64,000 bases of DNA from Marsupella aquatica (lineage: Eukaryota > Plantae > Marchantiophyta), in assembly GCA_973895155.1 (NCBI GenBank), contig OZ316894.1, positions 12,192,828 through 12,256,827 of the forward strand. Direction: 5' to 3'. Of this stretch, positions 62,655 through 64,000 are shown in pieces. A program made the position numbers and the translations under genes. Position 1 is the stretch's first letter; each line of letters begins with the position of its first letter. Under the pieces are notes generated by a model. That model worked only from the letters and a program-made list of their open reading frames with translations, was not told where the DNA came from and made no database searches.

Positions 62655-64000
62655 TTGCTGTCATATTTCCTAAAAAGAGAGAACTCACACACTCATTTTT
62701 GAGTGATATCCTATGTTTTAAAACCCCACATCTACACTGCCAGTGTCTCCAAGCAGTACACGTAATGCTCCATACACGTAACCGCAATTCCTCCCCTTTC
62801 TTTCGAGTTGGCCATACGTACCATATCTGTACTCAATGATTTCCTACCTGAAGGTAGACATGCAAGACATCAGCTTATTTGCTTGCTTAATCCTGACATA
62901 GAAACACTTATTTGCCAAAGGACAAAAGCACCAAAAGAGGAAACACATCCACTCATTTTTGTATATTGTATTTTTATAAACAAATCTACTCATCAACTTT
63001 CAAGTCATGCCAATTGCGGTACAGCCAACGTTCACACCTGTCTCTGACCAAAGAGACTTTACCGGCAATCTAATGCCATTGCCACCAAATGAGGTACACT
63101 CTGACCAAAGCGCTCTATACATGTACCACAGTGCCCAAAGACAAAAAACCAAGGGAAAGTGTCAAAAAGGGTCACAAAGACAAAGCATTCTCTATATATG
63201 TTCCTTGTTTTTAATATATCACACTGTCAACGAATAAGAAGGCCCAAAGAATTGTTTCACTCTTATAAATCATACTTCGTATAATATAGTGCAACCTTGA
63301 GACCCAATAATCGAGAGAAAAGAATGGAAAAACTCAACTTGGACCAACAGGAACCTAGAGACCCCCAAAAAGAGTGTAACATCCGTTTATTTACCGAAAG
63401 GGCCAAACAAGTAATAATGATGTCACAGCAATACAGGTCCCAAACTAAAAATAAGTGTGCAAATATCTCCCAAAACCTGCAAACCCCAAGTGACCAAAGG
63501 GACAAAAAACATGGAGTCCCTATATAGCATGTTCATCCTATTACATGCCTATTTTGACTTATCTTAAAGAATTGAAATGAGGAGACATTTTATTTTTAAC
63601 CTAAGTTTATGAAAAATAAGTATTGAAAGAATGATTATACAAAAGTTAATGAAAAAATTGCACACCGTTTTAAAAGTGAGAAAAGTACAATACTACATGT
63701 GCATTAATTGAAAGATATTACAATAGTTAATGTACTTGTACAGCAAAGTGAATGAGACAAGATAACCAAAGAATGTTCCACACCATATAGTAGTCTCGAA
63801 AAAAATGGAGTCCCTACTAGTAAACCAAAGCATGCAATCCAAATATATGGTTACTGACGTATTTCTTGGTCCAAATCTGGACTTAATTCCTCATTAGCCA
63901 GATCCTGGGTTCCCATTGGAACCGAGACTGGAATGCAAGCCCGCCACAAAGTTTCCCGAGGGCGGACAAAGAAGTGTGAGTGAAGAGTCACAGCTACACA

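Larger units (their letters stand above)
61400..62980. repeat. Degenerate direct-repeat array interrupted by insertions
   Basis: Blocks such as CTCCCCTTTCTTT.GAGTT.GCCA, ATGATTTCCTA.CTGAA.GGTAGACATGC, GCCAAAGGACAAAAG and AAACACATCCACTCAT recur at ~61400-61820 and ~62660-62960. Confidence 0.7.

Overview
Eukaryotic, intron-containing, repeat-rich plant DNA (probably a non-seed plant such as a bryophyte; this is an inference). Host genes are sparse: an intronless PLAC8/PCR-family gene and a disrupted, intron-bearing tRNA-splicing endonuclease SEN2 copy. Most of the window is transposable elements. These include a complete but decayed Ty1/copia element (LTRs, PBS, PPT, 5-bp TSD) nested in an L1-type LINE remnant, a solo LTR, a near-intact CRE-like restriction-like-endonuclease non-LTR retrotransposon with two 5'-truncated copies, several MITEs and tandem repeats. 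The standout is an 11,036-bp CACTA/EnSpm-superfamily element (23432-34467; CACAA termini, CAT TSD). Its first transposase exon (RS-rich plus a CPCxxC..HL..HG Zn-binding domain) can splice in frame either to the TnpD transposase exons or to a SET-domain (lysine methyltransferase-like) exon lying inside the first transposase intron. The element also carries a divergent TnpA-like gene, an extra orphan gene and dense ACGT-core motif arrays in its non-coding segments. Together these suggest a candidate transposon-encoded chromatin-modifying or anti-silencing system. All calls were made by eye; no database searches were run.
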